Numbered from the stretch's first letter, positions 1 to 10,479 are shown. The stretch: DNA of 64,000 bases from Candidatus Poribacteria bacterium (GCA_965214095.1 OZ243938.1:5120001-5184000), one strand, 5' to 3'. Notes: a model not told the origin generated them from the sequence alone. Made by a program: numbers and translations.

Positions 1-1674
1 CTCGCATTAGAACGTCATGCCACAAGTAAGGTCAACCGGATTGAAGACCTTGAAAATATACAAACTTTCGGGTTTCGTGGTGAAGCGTTGGCAAGTATAG
101 CATCTGTCTCTAACTTTGAACTGCTTACGCGTACTGCTGATGCAATACAAGGCACAAAAATCAATGTAGATAGTGGTGTTTTCCGTTCAGTTGAAGAAAG
201 CGGATGTTCTCCAGGAACACATATTTCTATCAACAATCTATTCCACAATGTTCCGGCTCGTTTGAAATTTCTCAAAACCGACACCACCGAGATGAACCAT
301 ATCACCAAGCAGGTAACATGGGCTGCATTAGCACATCCCAAAATACATTTCTTCTTATCACATAACGGCAAGACTGTACTTGATGTGCGAGCATGTGATT
401 CTAATCTGGAACGGGCACGCCTGATATATGGCAAAGAATTTGCTGACAATCTGATTGAATTTGGTGAGGAATTACCCGATTTCAAACTCTCTGGTTTACT
501 CGGAAAACCTGAATTTACGAAGCCGAATCGGGATAATCAACTCTTTTTTATGAACCAACGTCCGATCCGAAGTCCTATGATTGGGGCTGCACTAAAAGAA
601 GCACTCGGTGCAACTGTTCAGTCCGGACGACATGCAGTGGCAATTCTCTTTATGACACTTGAACCTGATACGGTTGATGTCAACGTCCATCCAGCAAAGA
701 TTGAAGTGCGTTTCAAAAATGAGCGGACGATATTCACCGGTATTGTCAAGATGATCCGCAGCGTGATCAACAAAGAGAAGTTCATACCCAAGATTGAGAC
801 ATCTACAGAGACACAACACACTCCTATTGAAAAGAGTAATATAGAAACAAAAACACCAATATCATCTAAACCATTCACAAGACCACGACCCACTATTGTC
901 CCTGAAATAGAAACAGAGACACCTGATGCCACTAAGACAGAGGAAAAGGCAACAAAGAGAGTTGAGACCAAAAGAATAGAGACATTACCAACTGAAAATG
1001 TTGAAACTGAACCGAAACACGAAGAAACAAAGACTGTTGTGCAACCCTCTCAACAGACAATTCCAGAAGGAGCAACGCTCAAACTCCTTGACTTTGAGAA
1101 TGTTGAACTCAAAACAAACCTATTCAAAACATATATTGTCGCTGAAGGAGAAGATAGGGTTTTCTTTATTGACCAGCACGTTGCAGCAGAACGTGTGTTA
1201 TATGAGAGATTTGTGAACCAGTTAAAATCAGACGGTATCCCAGTGCAAGGCTTATTACTGCCTGTGACTGTAGAAGTAACACCACAACAGCTTGCTATAC
1301 TCAAGGTTCATGCAGAACTGTTCAGCAACGTCGGCTTTGAATTGGAGGAATTTGGTGCAAATACAATACTGATTCGCGCTATACCCGCACCTCTGCCAAC
1401 ACGAACAGCAGCACAGACTATCACAGACCTACTGGACAAACTCCCTGACCAACGGCATGAAGAAGTAGAATTGCCCAAGGCAATTGATGATGCATTGATT
1501 ACACTTGCTTGTCGTTCAGCAGTGAAAGCAGGGGATACCTTGGACTCCAAAGAGATGATAAATCTAATCCGAGAGTTATCTGAGGCGAAACTTCCTTTCA
1601 ACTGTCCGCATTCTCGACCTATCATTATTGAAATGGGACGCGATGAATTGGAACGAAGATTTCATCGCTCATAA
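1..1674 (+). CDS. mutL: DNA mismatch repair protein MutL (5' end outside window)
   Basis: The frame is open from base 1 (LALERHATSK...TFGFRGEALASI, GHKL ATPase motifs) and contains DVNVHPAKIEVRF. C-terminal endonuclease motifs DQHVAAE, ACR and CPHSRP. Confidence 0.97.
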   Translation, partial: LALERHATSKVNRIEDLENIQTFGFRGEALASIASVSNFELLTRTADAIQGTKINVDSGVFRSVEESGCSPGTHISINNLFHNVPARLKFLKTDTTEMNHITKQVTWAALAHPKIHFFLSHNGKTVLDVRACDSNLERARLIYGKEFADNLIEFGEELPDFKLSGLLGKPEFTKPNRDNQLFFMNQRPIRSPMIGAALKEALGATVQSGRHAVAILFMTLEPDTVDVNVHPAKIEVRFKNERTIFTGIVKMIRSVINKEKFIPKIETSTETQHTPIEKSNIETKTPISSKPFTRPRPTIVPEIETETPDATKTEEKATKRVETKRIETLPTENVETEPKHEETKTVVQPSQQTIPEGATLKLLDFENVELKTNLFKTYIVAEGEDRVFFIDQHVAAERVLYERFVNQLKSDGIPVQGLLLPVTVEVTPQQLAILKVHAELFSNVGFELEEFGANTILIRAIPAPLPTRTAAQTITDLLDKLPDQRHEEVELPKAIDDALITLACRSAVKAGDTLDSKEMINLIRELSEAKLPFNCPHSRPIIIEMGRDELERRFHRS

Positions 1675-1713
1675 CACCTTATCTAACACCAAATATCAGA
1701 GGAAGGCAGATAA

Positions 1714-3624
1714 ATGAAAACAACACCACTGTACCTTCTAATAACCTGCCTACTATTTGCCATATTTCTCCCAATTGTTTCTTCACAAGAATATAATACT
1801 TGGGGGTTACCAGAAGGTGCAATTGCGCGACTGGGAAAAAGTGAAATCACTGGAAATGTTGCCTTCTCACCAGATGGTAATCGGTTGGCTGTTGCAAGTT
1901 CAATCGGAATTTGGATTTATGATGTACGTCCCGGTGAAGAAACTGAACTGGAACTTATCACTGGACATACGCTTGATGTTACGACACTTGCTTATTCACC
2001 CGATAGTAGCATACTCGCGAGTGGTAGTAGAGATGGATCAATACGACTGTGGGATGCTCTTAGCGGCAAACAAATTACTTTGTACCAAGGAGAAAGGGAA
2101 GAAGTTATCACACTTGTAATTTCAACAGATGGGAAAATGCTTGCAAGTGGACATCATAATTGGTCTAATAATGAACACCAAGTAAGACTATGGAACTTAC
2201 AAACAAAAGAACTCTTAACAACAATAGATGACCATACAAACTACATCTCATCTTTAGCATTTTCACCTGATGGTAAAACACTTGCTACAGGGAGTAGGGA
2301 CAAGACTGTAAGATTATGGGACACACAAACAGGTGAACACAAATCTACACTTGTAGATCATAAAATTTCTATATCTACGCCTATATCTACGGTAGTGTAT
2401 TCCCCTGATGGGAAGACACTTACGACTGTAAGTCCACTTGATACTGTTTTGCAGTGGGATACAGAAACAGGAACTTATGATACAACATTATTCAAACGTG
2501 TTGGACAGATTCATTCACTTGCATTTTCTCCAGATGGCAGCACGATAGCAATAGAGCACATCAATTATGTGAAGTTGATTAATTCTGAAACAGGAAAACT
2601 AGAAGCTGTCTTCAGAGGACACAAAAAAACAATCGAATCCATTGCTTTTTCTCCTGACGGAAACACACTCGCTACTGCTGATTCTGATAATATCATAATG
2701 CTATGGGATACACAAACTCGAAAGCGCAGAACTACCATCAAAGGACATACTTCAAGGGTTCAATGTTTAACCTATTCACCTGATGGGAAAACTATAGCTT
2801 CAGGCAGCTTTAAAGGACTCGGTTTCCTATGGGATGCTCAGACTGGAAAACATAAAGCAACGCTCATAAGAAGATATAGCCTTGACATAACAGGAATAAC
2901 ATATTCACCTGATGGAAAAACAATTGCTACATGTAGTGGTGTTGGCACTGTTGAACTATGGGAAGAACGAACACGTGCGTTTCAGGTACGTAGCAGAAAA
3001 CCGAAATCAACACTTATTGAGCTGTCCACGGAACTACATTGTATTGCTTATTCACCTGATGGAAAAACAATTGCGATAGGAGACGATAAAGGGGATATAA
3101 GTTTATTGAATGCAGATAAAAGTGAAATAATAACTACTCTCTCAGGACACGTAAGAAGGATCAATTCACTTGCATTCGCACCTGATGGATTTACACTTGC
3201 AAGTGCCAGTAGTGATGGAACTGTCAGAATGTGGGATATACAATCTGAGGGCATCATCGCATCACCAGGAGGAAATAGAAGAGGGTCCTATGCTGTAGCG
3301 TATTCTCCTGATGGAAACTTAGTAGCAAGCGCAGGTGATGACAATAATATCCAACTGTGGGATGTACATAGTCAAACTACAAAGAGAATAATTAGAACAC
3401 CGCAAAACCAAGTTACATGTATTGCTTTCTCTCCGAATGGCGTATTTTTCGCATCCAGCAGTCGTGATGGTAGCATTGAATTATGGAGCACGCAATCAGG
3501 TGAACATATTTCATCATTCAAAGCGAATGATGGGTGGATATCAGCAATTGCATTCTCTCCAAATGGTGATACATTAGCAAGTAGCAGTTCTGACGGCACT
3601 ATTCTCTTGTGGAAACTACGTTGA
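1714..3624 (+). CDS. Secreted WD40-repeat beta-propeller protein
   Basis: Signal-peptide-like N-terminus, then a WGLPEGAIARLGK cap and about 14 repeats of the type GH..V..LAFSPDG..LASGS.D..IRLWD. Confidence 0.92.
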   Translation: MKTTPLYLLITCLLFAIFLPIVSSQEYNTWGLPEGAIARLGKSEITGNVAFSPDGNRLAVASSIGIWIYDVRPGEETELELITGHTLDVTTLAYSPDSSILASGSRDGSIRLWDALSGKQITLYQGEREEVITLVISTDGKMLASGHHNWSNNEHQVRLWNLQTKELLTTIDDHTNYISSLAFSPDGKTLATGSRDKTVRLWDTQTGEHKSTLVDHKISISTPISTVVYSPDGKTLTTVSPLDTVLQWDTETGTYDTTLFKRVGQIHSLAFSPDGSTIAIEHINYVKLINSETGKLEAVFRGHKKTIESIAFSPDGNTLATADSDNIIMLWDTQTRKRRTTIKGHTSRVQCLTYSPDGKTIASGSFKGLGFLWDAQTGKHKATLIRRYSLDITGITYSPDGKTIATCSGVGTVELWEERTRAFQVRSRKPKSTLIELSTELHCIAYSPDGKTIAIGDDKGDISLLNADKSEIITTLSGHVRRINSLAFAPDGFTLASASSDGTVRMWDIQSEGIIASPGGNRRGSYAVAYSPDGNLVASAGDDNNIQLWDVHSQTTKRIIRTPQNQVTCIAFSPNGVFFASSSRDGSIELWSTQSGEHISSFKANDGWISAIAFSPNGDTLASSSSDGTILLWKLR

Positions 3625-3642
3625 TTACATAATTACCAGTAA

Positions 3643-4206
3643 TTAGAAGTTTTCTGTGAAAGTTACCGTTACTTTCCCATCGTTGATTGAATTTCTAAAT
3701 CTATCCAACAACGCTTCTTCAGTCTCATTAGGATATACATAAGACAAACGAAGATATTCAATAATCAATGGGTCAAATGTTCGAATGAATTCAAAGTAGA
3801 ACTTGCCAAATGTGTTTTCTATTAGTCTCATAGCCATACTGTTTTCTAATGAAGTAAATCCATCCAGAACTGTTGAGTCTTCACGCTTCTCATCTTTATA
3901 TATATCAACCAATTCCACCCAAAATGCTCTTCCGAAACCAAGTTCCTCATTGAATATTATTTCAGAATCATCAAAAACAATTTGATAATCACCTGCTGCG
4001 TCTGCCTTTTGAAGTGATTCTGTCCGCCTCTGATTAACCCGATCCATAGCCTCTCGCGCTCGTTCTATGTGGGTCTGAGTCGGTGGTTCAGGTGGAGAAA
4101 TAATCTCCATCATCGGCTTTGTCATCGGTTGATCACAACCGAATGAAAACACTATTAAGATAATTGCGCATAATTTAAGCAGGATTATCCTCGTAATACA
4201 AATCAT
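3643..4206 (-). CDS. Hypothetical lipoprotein
   Basis: Hydrophobic stretch ending FSFGC (lipobox-like). ATG at 4206 is preceded by AGGAG; the ORF track extends to 4275. Confidence 0.65.
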   Translation of the reverse strand: MICITRIILLKLCAIILIVFSFGCDQPMTKPMMEIISPPEPPTQTHIERAREAMDRVNQRRTESLQKADAAGDYQIVFDDSEIIFNEELGFGRAFWVELVDIYKDEKREDSTVLDGFTSLENSMAMRLIENTFGKFYFEFIRTFDPLIIEYLRLSYVYPNETEEALLDRFRNSINDGKVTVTFTENF

Positions 4207-4275
4207 TTCGTCTCCTATATTTATATATTTATGTATTAGTTCAGACTTACATTCGTACCGTCCAAACATCGTCAA

Positions 4276-6162
4276 CTAAAAGACCCAAACTGCCATTTGT
4301 CCTGCACCACGATTGCACCAAGTATAATAGGGAATTGCTGTAACAGGCAGTCGCTTTGCACTTGGCTCAGAAAGATAGAGGTTGTTACCCCACTCTTCAA
4401 TATCATAGATAGTCCCTGTTCCACGAATTAGTGTTATACCACCAAGAGTTTCACTGTCATAAACAACTTCTACTTTACCATTTTCAGCAAGCGTGAGTGT
4501 CTCAAATGCACCATCAGGATTATCAACATCTTCAAAACAGTAAACAAGTGGGCCGCGACGCAATGCTGATCGTCCAAGATTATCTCTTACATTCGGATGT
4601 GCATATATTCTATCTACTGACATATCCAATTGCAATTCAACGCTATCATTTGCTTGCCACGTTCTTCCAATTGATAGATATCCATTTTTAGTATCCTTAA
4701 CGTTAATCGTTTCCCCATTGATACTCACATCAAAGTCTTTACACCAACCCGGTATTCGCAAATTCAGGTTAAACTTAGCAGGTTTCTCTGGGTTTACAGT
4801 AAGTTTTACATCTCCTGACCACGGATAATCAGTGTCTTGTGTAATACACAGTGAGACATCATCTGCTATAGTTGTTTCTGCATTCCCACCAACATAGAGA
4901 TTAACCCATAAGTCATTGTCATCAATAGCATAGATATATTGACCAAGAGAACCGAGTAGACGAGCAATATTTGGCGGACAACACGCACACCCGAACCACG
5001 GATTCCGTTGTCTACCACCACGACTCGCCAGCGGATTTTGATAGAAGAAGTCCGTCCCTTCAAGAGAAACACCTGAAAGTGCGCCATTGTATAGTGCCGT
5101 TTCTAATACATCCATGAAACGTGACTCACCTTTCAATAGGAACATCCGATGCGCCCAGAAAATCAAACCGATGGATGCACAAGTCTCCGCATAGGCAGAG
5201 AAATTTGGTAATTCATAATCTTGTGTGAACCCCTCATTGTGTCCCGATGGTCCTACACCGCCAGTAATGTATAATCGCTTTTCTACATTCTGCCAAAGAG
5301 CATCAAGAGCATTGGTTATTGCTGCATCACCTGTTTCCGAGGCAATATCTGCAGCTCCTGCATAGAGATACATGGCTCTTACTGCATGTCCAACACATTC
5401 TGTTTGTTCCTGAATTGGCAAGTGTGCTTGCGAATATGTGCCATCATATTTCTCATCGCGTGTGTAGTGATGTTTATACGCCCCTAACCCACCCGGTAAA
5501 TCAGGATTTTCCAATTCTTGCTCAAAAACTGTCGGTCTATGTCCGCGTTTCGTGACAAAGTATTCCGCAAGAGACATGTAACGCTTTTCACCTGTAACAC
5601 GGGCTAATTTTACTAAAGCAAGTTCAATCCCTTGGTGTCCTGGAAGACCATCCCGTTTGCCTTCACCGAATATGTTATCAATAAGGTCAGCAAATTTGCA
5701 TGCCACATCAAGAAGAGTTTGTTTACCTGTTGCTTGATAATGTGCAACGCCTGCTTCGAAAAGATGTCCTGCACAATACAACTCGTGCATCATACCGAGA
5801 TTCTGCCACTTCTTTTCAGGTTCAACCAATGTAAAATAGGAATTCAGATAACCATCTTTCTGTTGACTTTTGGCTATCGTATCAATAACTCCATCCAAAT
5901 CACCTTCCCAATCAGGATTTGGGTGGGAGTGTAAAGTGTATGCGGCAGCTTCTACCAACTTATGAACGTCAGAATCGTTGAAAAAGATGCCTTCAAAATT
6001 CCCTTCCATTGACCCCGCAGCTTTAGCAAAGTTACTAATTCTGCCCGTTATCCGACACTGTTCTAACTCGTGTGGAATCGTCTCCTTTGAATTCGTTTCT
6101 TGACGTGGTGACCAGAATCTATCATCAATCGTAACTGCTGCAAAAGAAATTGCTTTCAACAT
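4276..6162 (-). CDS. Glycoside hydrolase family 127 (beta-L-arabinofuranosidase-like)
   Basis: Motifs FNDSDVHK, HELYCAGHL, GHAVRAMYL, YAETCASIG, CACCPPN and IPYYTWCNRG..QMAVW. ATG at 6162 preferred. Confidence 0.93.
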   Translation of the reverse strand: MLKAISFAAVTIDDRFWSPRQETNSKETIPHELEQCRITGRISNFAKAAGSMEGNFEGIFFNDSDVHKLVEAAAYTLHSHPNPDWEGDLDGVIDTIAKSQQKDGYLNSYFTLVEPEKKWQNLGMMHELYCAGHLFEAGVAHYQATGKQTLLDVACKFADLIDNIFGEGKRDGLPGHQGIELALVKLARVTGEKRYMSLAEYFVTKRGHRPTVFEQELENPDLPGGLGAYKHHYTRDEKYDGTYSQAHLPIQEQTECVGHAVRAMYLYAGAADIASETGDAAITNALDALWQNVEKRLYITGGVGPSGHNEGFTQDYELPNFSAYAETCASIGLIFWAHRMFLLKGESRFMDVLETALYNGALSGVSLEGTDFFYQNPLASRGGRQRNPWFGCACCPPNIARLLGSLGQYIYAIDDNDLWVNLYVGGNAETTIADDVSLCITQDTDYPWSGDVKLTVNPEKPAKFNLNLRIPGWCKDFDVSINGETINVKDTKNGYLSIGRTWQANDSVELQLDMSVDRIYAHPNVRDNLGRSALRRGPLVYCFEDVDNPDGAFETLTLAENGKVEVVYDSETLGGITLIRGTGTIYDIEEWGNNLYLSEPSAKRLPVTAIPYYTWCNRGAGQMAVWVF

Positions 6163-6209
6163 ATTTCCCTCATCTATGGATAAAATGTTGCGGGACAACG
6201 GAAATATTA

Positions 6210-6308
6210 TAGTGAATTATAAATATAAGTTGACACCCGCGACCCACGGTAGGCGAGGTTTCCTAACCTCGCCAATGCTGAGTGTTCAAGTAATTTCAAA
6301 ATCTACTA
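6210..6308. mobile_element. 99-bp TA-flanked MITE carrying REP GTAGGCGAGGTTTCCTAACCTCGCC
   Basis: Near-identical 99-bp copy at 24843-24941. Ends TAGTGAAT...ATCTACTA, both copies flanked by TA. Confidence 0.75.
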
Positions 6309-6348
6309 TAGTTAACAATATCCATTGTCCAACAAGTGTAATATAATG

Positions 6349-7035
6349 TTAGTGACTATTTACACTAATCTGTTTGAATTCTTCTGAAGGTAAGTATTCA
6401 CCCAATACTTGCTGCACATCTGCTTTATTGAGCCGTTTTGCTGTAATAATAACACATCTTTTTTGCGATTCTTTATCCCAAGCCTTCTCAAACTCCTTGA
6501 AAGTCAATCTACGTTTACTTTCACTATTAGGACTCTGAAGGTGGACCATACCTGATGTGTTGTTGTAATGTGATATAGGTGAAATAAACGGTGTATGTTC
6601 TCGTATTTGAATCATTACAATTGGTGCCCAACCTTTTGCAACAAATGCCTTTAAGATATCTAATGAACAGTTGGATAGAAAAGCACTATGTTGTCCAATT
6701 TCACGTATCTTATTATGAAAATTAACGAGTGCTAATCTATTACGAGGAATAGATGGTTTTTTGTATACATTTCTCAAATATGGAGTCTTTTGAAAATTAA
6801 TAGTGGCTGATTCTGGTAGATTTGATTTAGCAAGTGGTGATTTGACATTCGTGGTTTTGTTAGATGACGGTATAGTATTTTTGGGCACTTCAAATTCACT
6901 TGTGGGAACAGGACCGCAGCTACTTATAAAAAACACAAACATAATTAAGAAAATACTTTTGTGAAATATTGAATATTCAAGAGACCTTGACAATATCTGA
7001 CGAAGGTTATTGAAGGACAACAATACATGCTTCAT
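6349..7035 (-). CDS. Hypothetical lipoprotein, weak peptidase C39-like C-terminus
   Basis: Lipobox-like FFISSC. GWAPIVMI...SPNSESKRRLTFKEFEKAW resembles C39-like domains, but no clear catalytic Cys/His. AGGAG RBS. Confidence 0.55.
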   Translation of the reverse strand: MKHVLLSFNNLRQILSRSLEYSIFHKSIFLIMFVFFISSCGPVPTSEFEVPKNTIPSSNKTTNVKSPLAKSNLPESATINFQKTPYLRNVYKKPSIPRNRLALVNFHNKIREIGQHSAFLSNCSLDILKAFVAKGWAPIVMIQIREHTPFISPISHYNNTSGMVHLQSPNSESKRRLTFKEFEKAWDKESQKRCVIITAKRLNKADVQQVLGEYLPSEEFKQISVNSH

Positions 7036-7074
7036 GTTTTTCTCCTCGTGTTATTTTAGTTGAATTGACCATGT

Positions 7075-8094
7075 TTAATTGATTTTAACTGTAGCTTCTC
7101 TTTTTTCTTTCCATGATTCTACTATTGCTTCTGTGATTCGCAGTGCTTGCAAGCCATCACGACCAGTTGGTGCGGGTATTCGATCATTCAGCAAATCATC
7201 CACTAACGCTGCCATACGGAGTGCAAATGTACCATCAAAGGCAAGCTGTTCCATTCTAAAAATAGATGGACGATATTCCTCCACAACCTGATTGTCACGT
7301 TTCATCAAAGTGGCTTTGCTAAGCACATTATCAACAACGATCTCTCCCGCAGAACCACAAATTTCTAATCTCTCAATCGGATGAATAAAATCGCTATCCC
7401 AACTCGCCAAAAGCGTTGCAACAACTTCAGTTTCATACTTAAATGAAATTGCCATGCTCGTATAGCAAGCATCTTCTCCATTACGCGCTTCGTGTTCTCT
7501 GGGTTTCGCCATCTGTGCACACACCGAGACTATCTCCCCACCAAACCAACGTAGTAAGTCAAGTGCGTGTGTTTGAAGTTCATAGAGTAAGTAATACTCA
7601 CCCTTCCAAGTTGAGGAGGGGCCACCTTGCGACAGTTTCATATCCAAGTAATATGTCTGTCCAATTGTCTCTGCATCAAACCATTTTCTCGCTTGTACAT
7701 AACCTGGAGCAAACCTTCTATTATAGTCTATAGCAAGATGTACCTCTTTCTCTTCTGCTTTCGCAACCATCTGTTCCGCTTCATCAATATAAAGGGATAA
7801 GGGTTTCTCAGAAATAACGTGTTTTCCCGCATCAAGACATTCCATTACCGGTTCAAAGTGTAAGTGATCTGCAGTTACAACATCAACAAGGTCACATTCT
7901 TCATTCTCAAGCATTTCCTTAATGGATGGATACCAGTTCGGTATACCGAGTGATTCAGCCCTCTCTTTTGCTTTATTCGCATCAATATCGCATACTGCGA
8001 CTAATTCCGCACCCTGATGTTGTAAATATCCGCGTTGGTGTAATAATCCTATCCCACCACAACCAACAGCTGCAACTTTTAGTTTTCCAGCCAT
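7075..8094 (-). CDS. Gfo/Idh/MocA family oxidoreductase
   Basis: VGCGGIG Rossmann motif, GKHVISEKPL, YNRRF. ATG at 8094 with AAGGAG RBS. Confidence 0.92.
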   Translation of the reverse strand: MAGKLKVAAVGCGGIGLLHQRGYLQHQGAELVAVCDIDANKAKERAESLGIPNWYPSIKEMLENEECDLVDVVTADHLHFEPVMECLDAGKHVISEKPLSLYIDEAEQMVAKAEEKEVHLAIDYNRRFAPGYVQARKWFDAETIGQTYYLDMKLSQGGPSSTWKGEYYLLYELQTHALDLLRWFGGEIVSVCAQMAKPREHEARNGEDACYTSMAISFKYETEVVATLLASWDSDFIHPIERLEICGSAGEIVVDNVLSKATLMKRDNQVVEEYRPSIFRMEQLAFDGTFALRMAALVDDLLNDRIPAPTGRDGLQALRITEAIVESWKEKREATVKIN

Positions 8095-8208
8095 AATAGA
8101 GTTCTCCTTATATAATGAGAACGGTGTTTGTAACTCCCTATAAATATAATATACAATACACAAAAAAATAGCAAGAAAGAAAATCAGGAATGGAATTACA
8201 ATTTCATT

Positions 8209-8341
8209 TAGCAAAAACCATAATTATTTACACACTACGGTAGGTTCGGTTTCCTAACCGAACCGGTGTTTATTCAGTCACATTGATGCGGTTAGGTAAC
8301 CGAACCTACTGGGAGTGTGCACATATTTTTAGATTTCACTA
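8209..8341. mobile_element. TA-type MITE with inverted REP doublet (GTAGGTTCGGTTTCCTAACCGAACC)
   Basis: Homologous to 30959-31092 and to the outer shell at 55793-56090. Ends TAGYAAAAA...TTTCACTA. Confidence 0.72.
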
Positions 8342-8402
8342 TAGCAAAAAGTTGGAAATGTGCTATAGGCGTAACTACTAAATTTACAAAGAGAAGAAAA
8401 AC

Positions 8403-8513
8403 ATGAAACGTTATGGAAACCACCACGGAAACTCTGGAATCGCTGCTTATGAAGCGGGAACTAAGTTTATTAGAATCCAGTTTACTAGCGGCAGTATCTA
8501 TCTGTACACCTAA
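8403..8513 (+). pseudogene. Truncated small protein (KTSC-like) interrupted by repeats
   Basis: MKRYGNHHGNSGIAAYEAGTKFIRIQFTSGSIYLYT* resembles the N-terminal half of ~70-aa KTSC-like proteins (recalled). The stop is followed within 16 nt by a REP/MITE stack. Confidence 0.55.
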
Positions 8514-8528
8514 TCAAAATAGGTGTTT

Positions 8529-8550
8529 GTAGTCGCGCAATTCATTGCGC
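8529..8550 (+). repeat. REP hairpin GTAGTCGCGCAATTCATTGCGC
   Basis: Copies at 11462-11483 (+), 14212-14233 (-), 18977-18998 (+), 39059-39080 (-), and degraded at 28041-28063. Confidence 0.8.
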
Positions 8551-8618
8551 CTCGGACATTCTCTCGCTAAGTTAGAATTTATACTCTCATAATGAGATAT
8601 TCTCTATTAGAAATGGTA

Positions 8619-8777
8619 TAGCTTGATGAAAAAGTGTTAGAATATCAATATTAGCAGCCCCAGCGGGGCGGAATGTGTATAGCACATCGTGAACAAACCA
8701 CTTATAGCCCCAGCGGGGCGACAGGTGTATCATTGAAGAAATAGGTATGATGACTGTGATTCTCCTTGTCCAGACTA
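8619..8777. mobile_element. 159-bp MITE-like element with two AGCCCCAGCGGGGCG hairpins
   Basis: Same-length homolog at 38852-39010; imperfect ends TAGCTTGA...TCCAGACTA. Confidence 0.72.
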
Positions 8778-8861
8778 TTATATATTAAACGAGAACGATA
8801 ACAGATCTTTGATAAATTAATGCATTAGGCCTGTGCGAATGGAATTTTGGCGATCGGAAAG

Positions 8862-8890
8862 TTGACACACTTTCATAACAGTGCTATAAT
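8862..8890 (+). promoter_or_regulatory. Consensus sigma70 promoter
   Basis: TTGACA-N17-TATAAT with extended -10 TG, about 160 nt upstream of ATG 9053. Confidence 0.75.
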
Positions 8891-9052
8891 TTTGCTTATT
8901 ACAAGGTAGGTTATTGAAATCGTTCAAATCATCTATGATACAATTCAAAGATGTTTATAACTCTCGTGTCAGGTTCAGTATAATCCTTGACACCCCATCT
9001 ACAACCACATACAATAAACCTCAAAATAAAATGATCTTTGCGGAGATTTTTC

Positions 9053-9685
9053 ATGCCAACAATCGAAAAAGTATTTGACTCACCCGGTCCTCAACCAAAC
9101 GGTATGCAAGCGACTGAAGAAGGACTCTGGATAATTGACCAACGCAGCAATGAAGTTCATCTCGTCTCTTATGATGGTGAGGTGAAAAAGACACTTGAAA
9201 CTGGTTCGGATAGAGGCAGCGGCATTACGGATACAGGTACTACGCTTTGGCTTGCTTCAACCTATAGTTGTGAAATATTGTCTATCGATCCAGAAAATGG
9301 TAAAACACTTGCCTCTTACGAAACACCAGGTGCTGGACAAACAGGGGCACACGGTTTGGAGTGGCGAGACAATAAACTGTGGACGGCAGTACCACCCTCG
9401 GCTACAATCTATCAGGTTGATGTAGAAGATGACTTCAAGGTAATCCACACAATACCTGCGCCTGACGATAGACCCCACGGAATTGCATGGGTAGGAGACG
9501 ATCTGTGGTGTGTTGAGACGAACCATCGCGCAATATATCAACTCAACCCAGAAAATGGTGAACACATTAGCAAAATTGATATTCCAGAACCACACCCAGA
9601 ACCCCATGGTATGACCTATTGGCAAGGACATTTCTGGTATTGTGATGCACATACAACTGCTGTCTGTCGTGTGGAACTATCCTAA
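9053..9685 (+). CDS. Beta-propeller protein (glutaminyl cyclase/Vgb-like repeats)
   Basis: Five repeats of the type P..PHG(I/L).W.G..LW. Stop overlaps the next start (TAATG). Confidence 0.7.
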   Translation: MPTIEKVFDSPGPQPNGMQATEEGLWIIDQRSNEVHLVSYDGEVKKTLETGSDRGSGITDTGTTLWLASTYSCEILSIDPENGKTLASYETPGAGQTGAHGLEWRDNKLWTAVPPSATIYQVDVEDDFKVIHTIPAPDDRPHGIAWVGDDLWCVETNHRAIYQLNPENGEHISKIDIPEPHPEPHGMTYWQGHFWYCDAHTTAVCRVELS

Positions 9686-10467
9686 TGTTGACCAATGGTA
9701 GACTCTTGAAAATGGGCAAAAACTGTGCTGCAATGAACATGGCAATTGATGAAGCAATTCTAATTTCGCAGAAGAACCATCCCATTCCTACTCTAAGGTT
9801 TTATGATTGGATGACACCCGCGTTCAGTTTCGGTTATTTTCAAAATATAACGTCAGATGTAGACGTGCACGCATGTCGTGAAGAGAACATAGAGTTGGTT
9901 AAACGGATGACCGGAGGTGGTACAGTCATACACGGTTGGGATTTGACCTATTCACTGATTAAACCGCGTTATTCTGGAGAAGAGACAGTCTCAGAGATGT
10001 ATCAACAAATTGGGAAAAACCTTGTCAACGCGTTCCGCAAACTCGGTATTCCTGCAACACGTTATATTCCGTCTACAAATCAGGCTACTTTGTCTCAAAA
10101 TATATGTTTGACAAATCTCGCTGAACATGATGTATTATGCAACAAGAAAAAGGTTGCAGGCGTGTCAGTCAGACGTAACAGAAACGGTATTTTATTTCAA
10201 GGATATATCTCGTTGGATTCGCCACCAAATCCTATTCTTAAAAGAGTATCAAAACATAAAGAGGGACAAAAGGTAGTAAAGGAGAATTCATCTGCAATAA
10301 ATACGGAAGAATGTTTCATCAATAGAAATATACTTATCCAAACTATTTGTGAAACATTTGATATAGGAATTACGTTTAATGTTGGTAAAATGTCGGAGAA
10401 AGAATTGGTGTTTGCAGAGGAGTTAGCAAAGAACAAATATGAAACAGATGCATGGAACTTCAATTGA
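9685..10467 (+). CDS. Lipoate-protein ligase A / octanoyltransferase family protein
   Basis: NMAIDEAI, PTLRFYDW, KRMTGGGTVIH..DLTYS, KKVAG. Confidence 0.9.
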   Translation: MLTNGRLLKMGKNCAAMNMAIDEAILISQKNHPIPTLRFYDWMTPAFSFGYFQNITSDVDVHACREENIELVKRMTGGGTVIHGWDLTYSLIKPRYSGEETVSEMYQQIGKNLVNAFRKLGIPATRYIPSTNQATLSQNICLTNLAEHDVLCNKKKVAGVSVRRNRNGILFQGYISLDSPPNPILKRVSKHKEGQKVVKENSSAINTEECFINRNILIQTICETFDIGITFNVGKMSEKELVFAEELAKNKYETDAWNFN

Positions 10468-10479
10468 TTTAATTTCATA

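Noticed and set aside
8095-8214. N-terminal extensions from the ORF track (7075-8214, 4276-6198, 58825-59313, 59709-60230, 14341)
   Set aside because: Downstream ATGs have better RBSs or match family starts. Some extensions run into repeats, the ssrA hairpin or the promoter.
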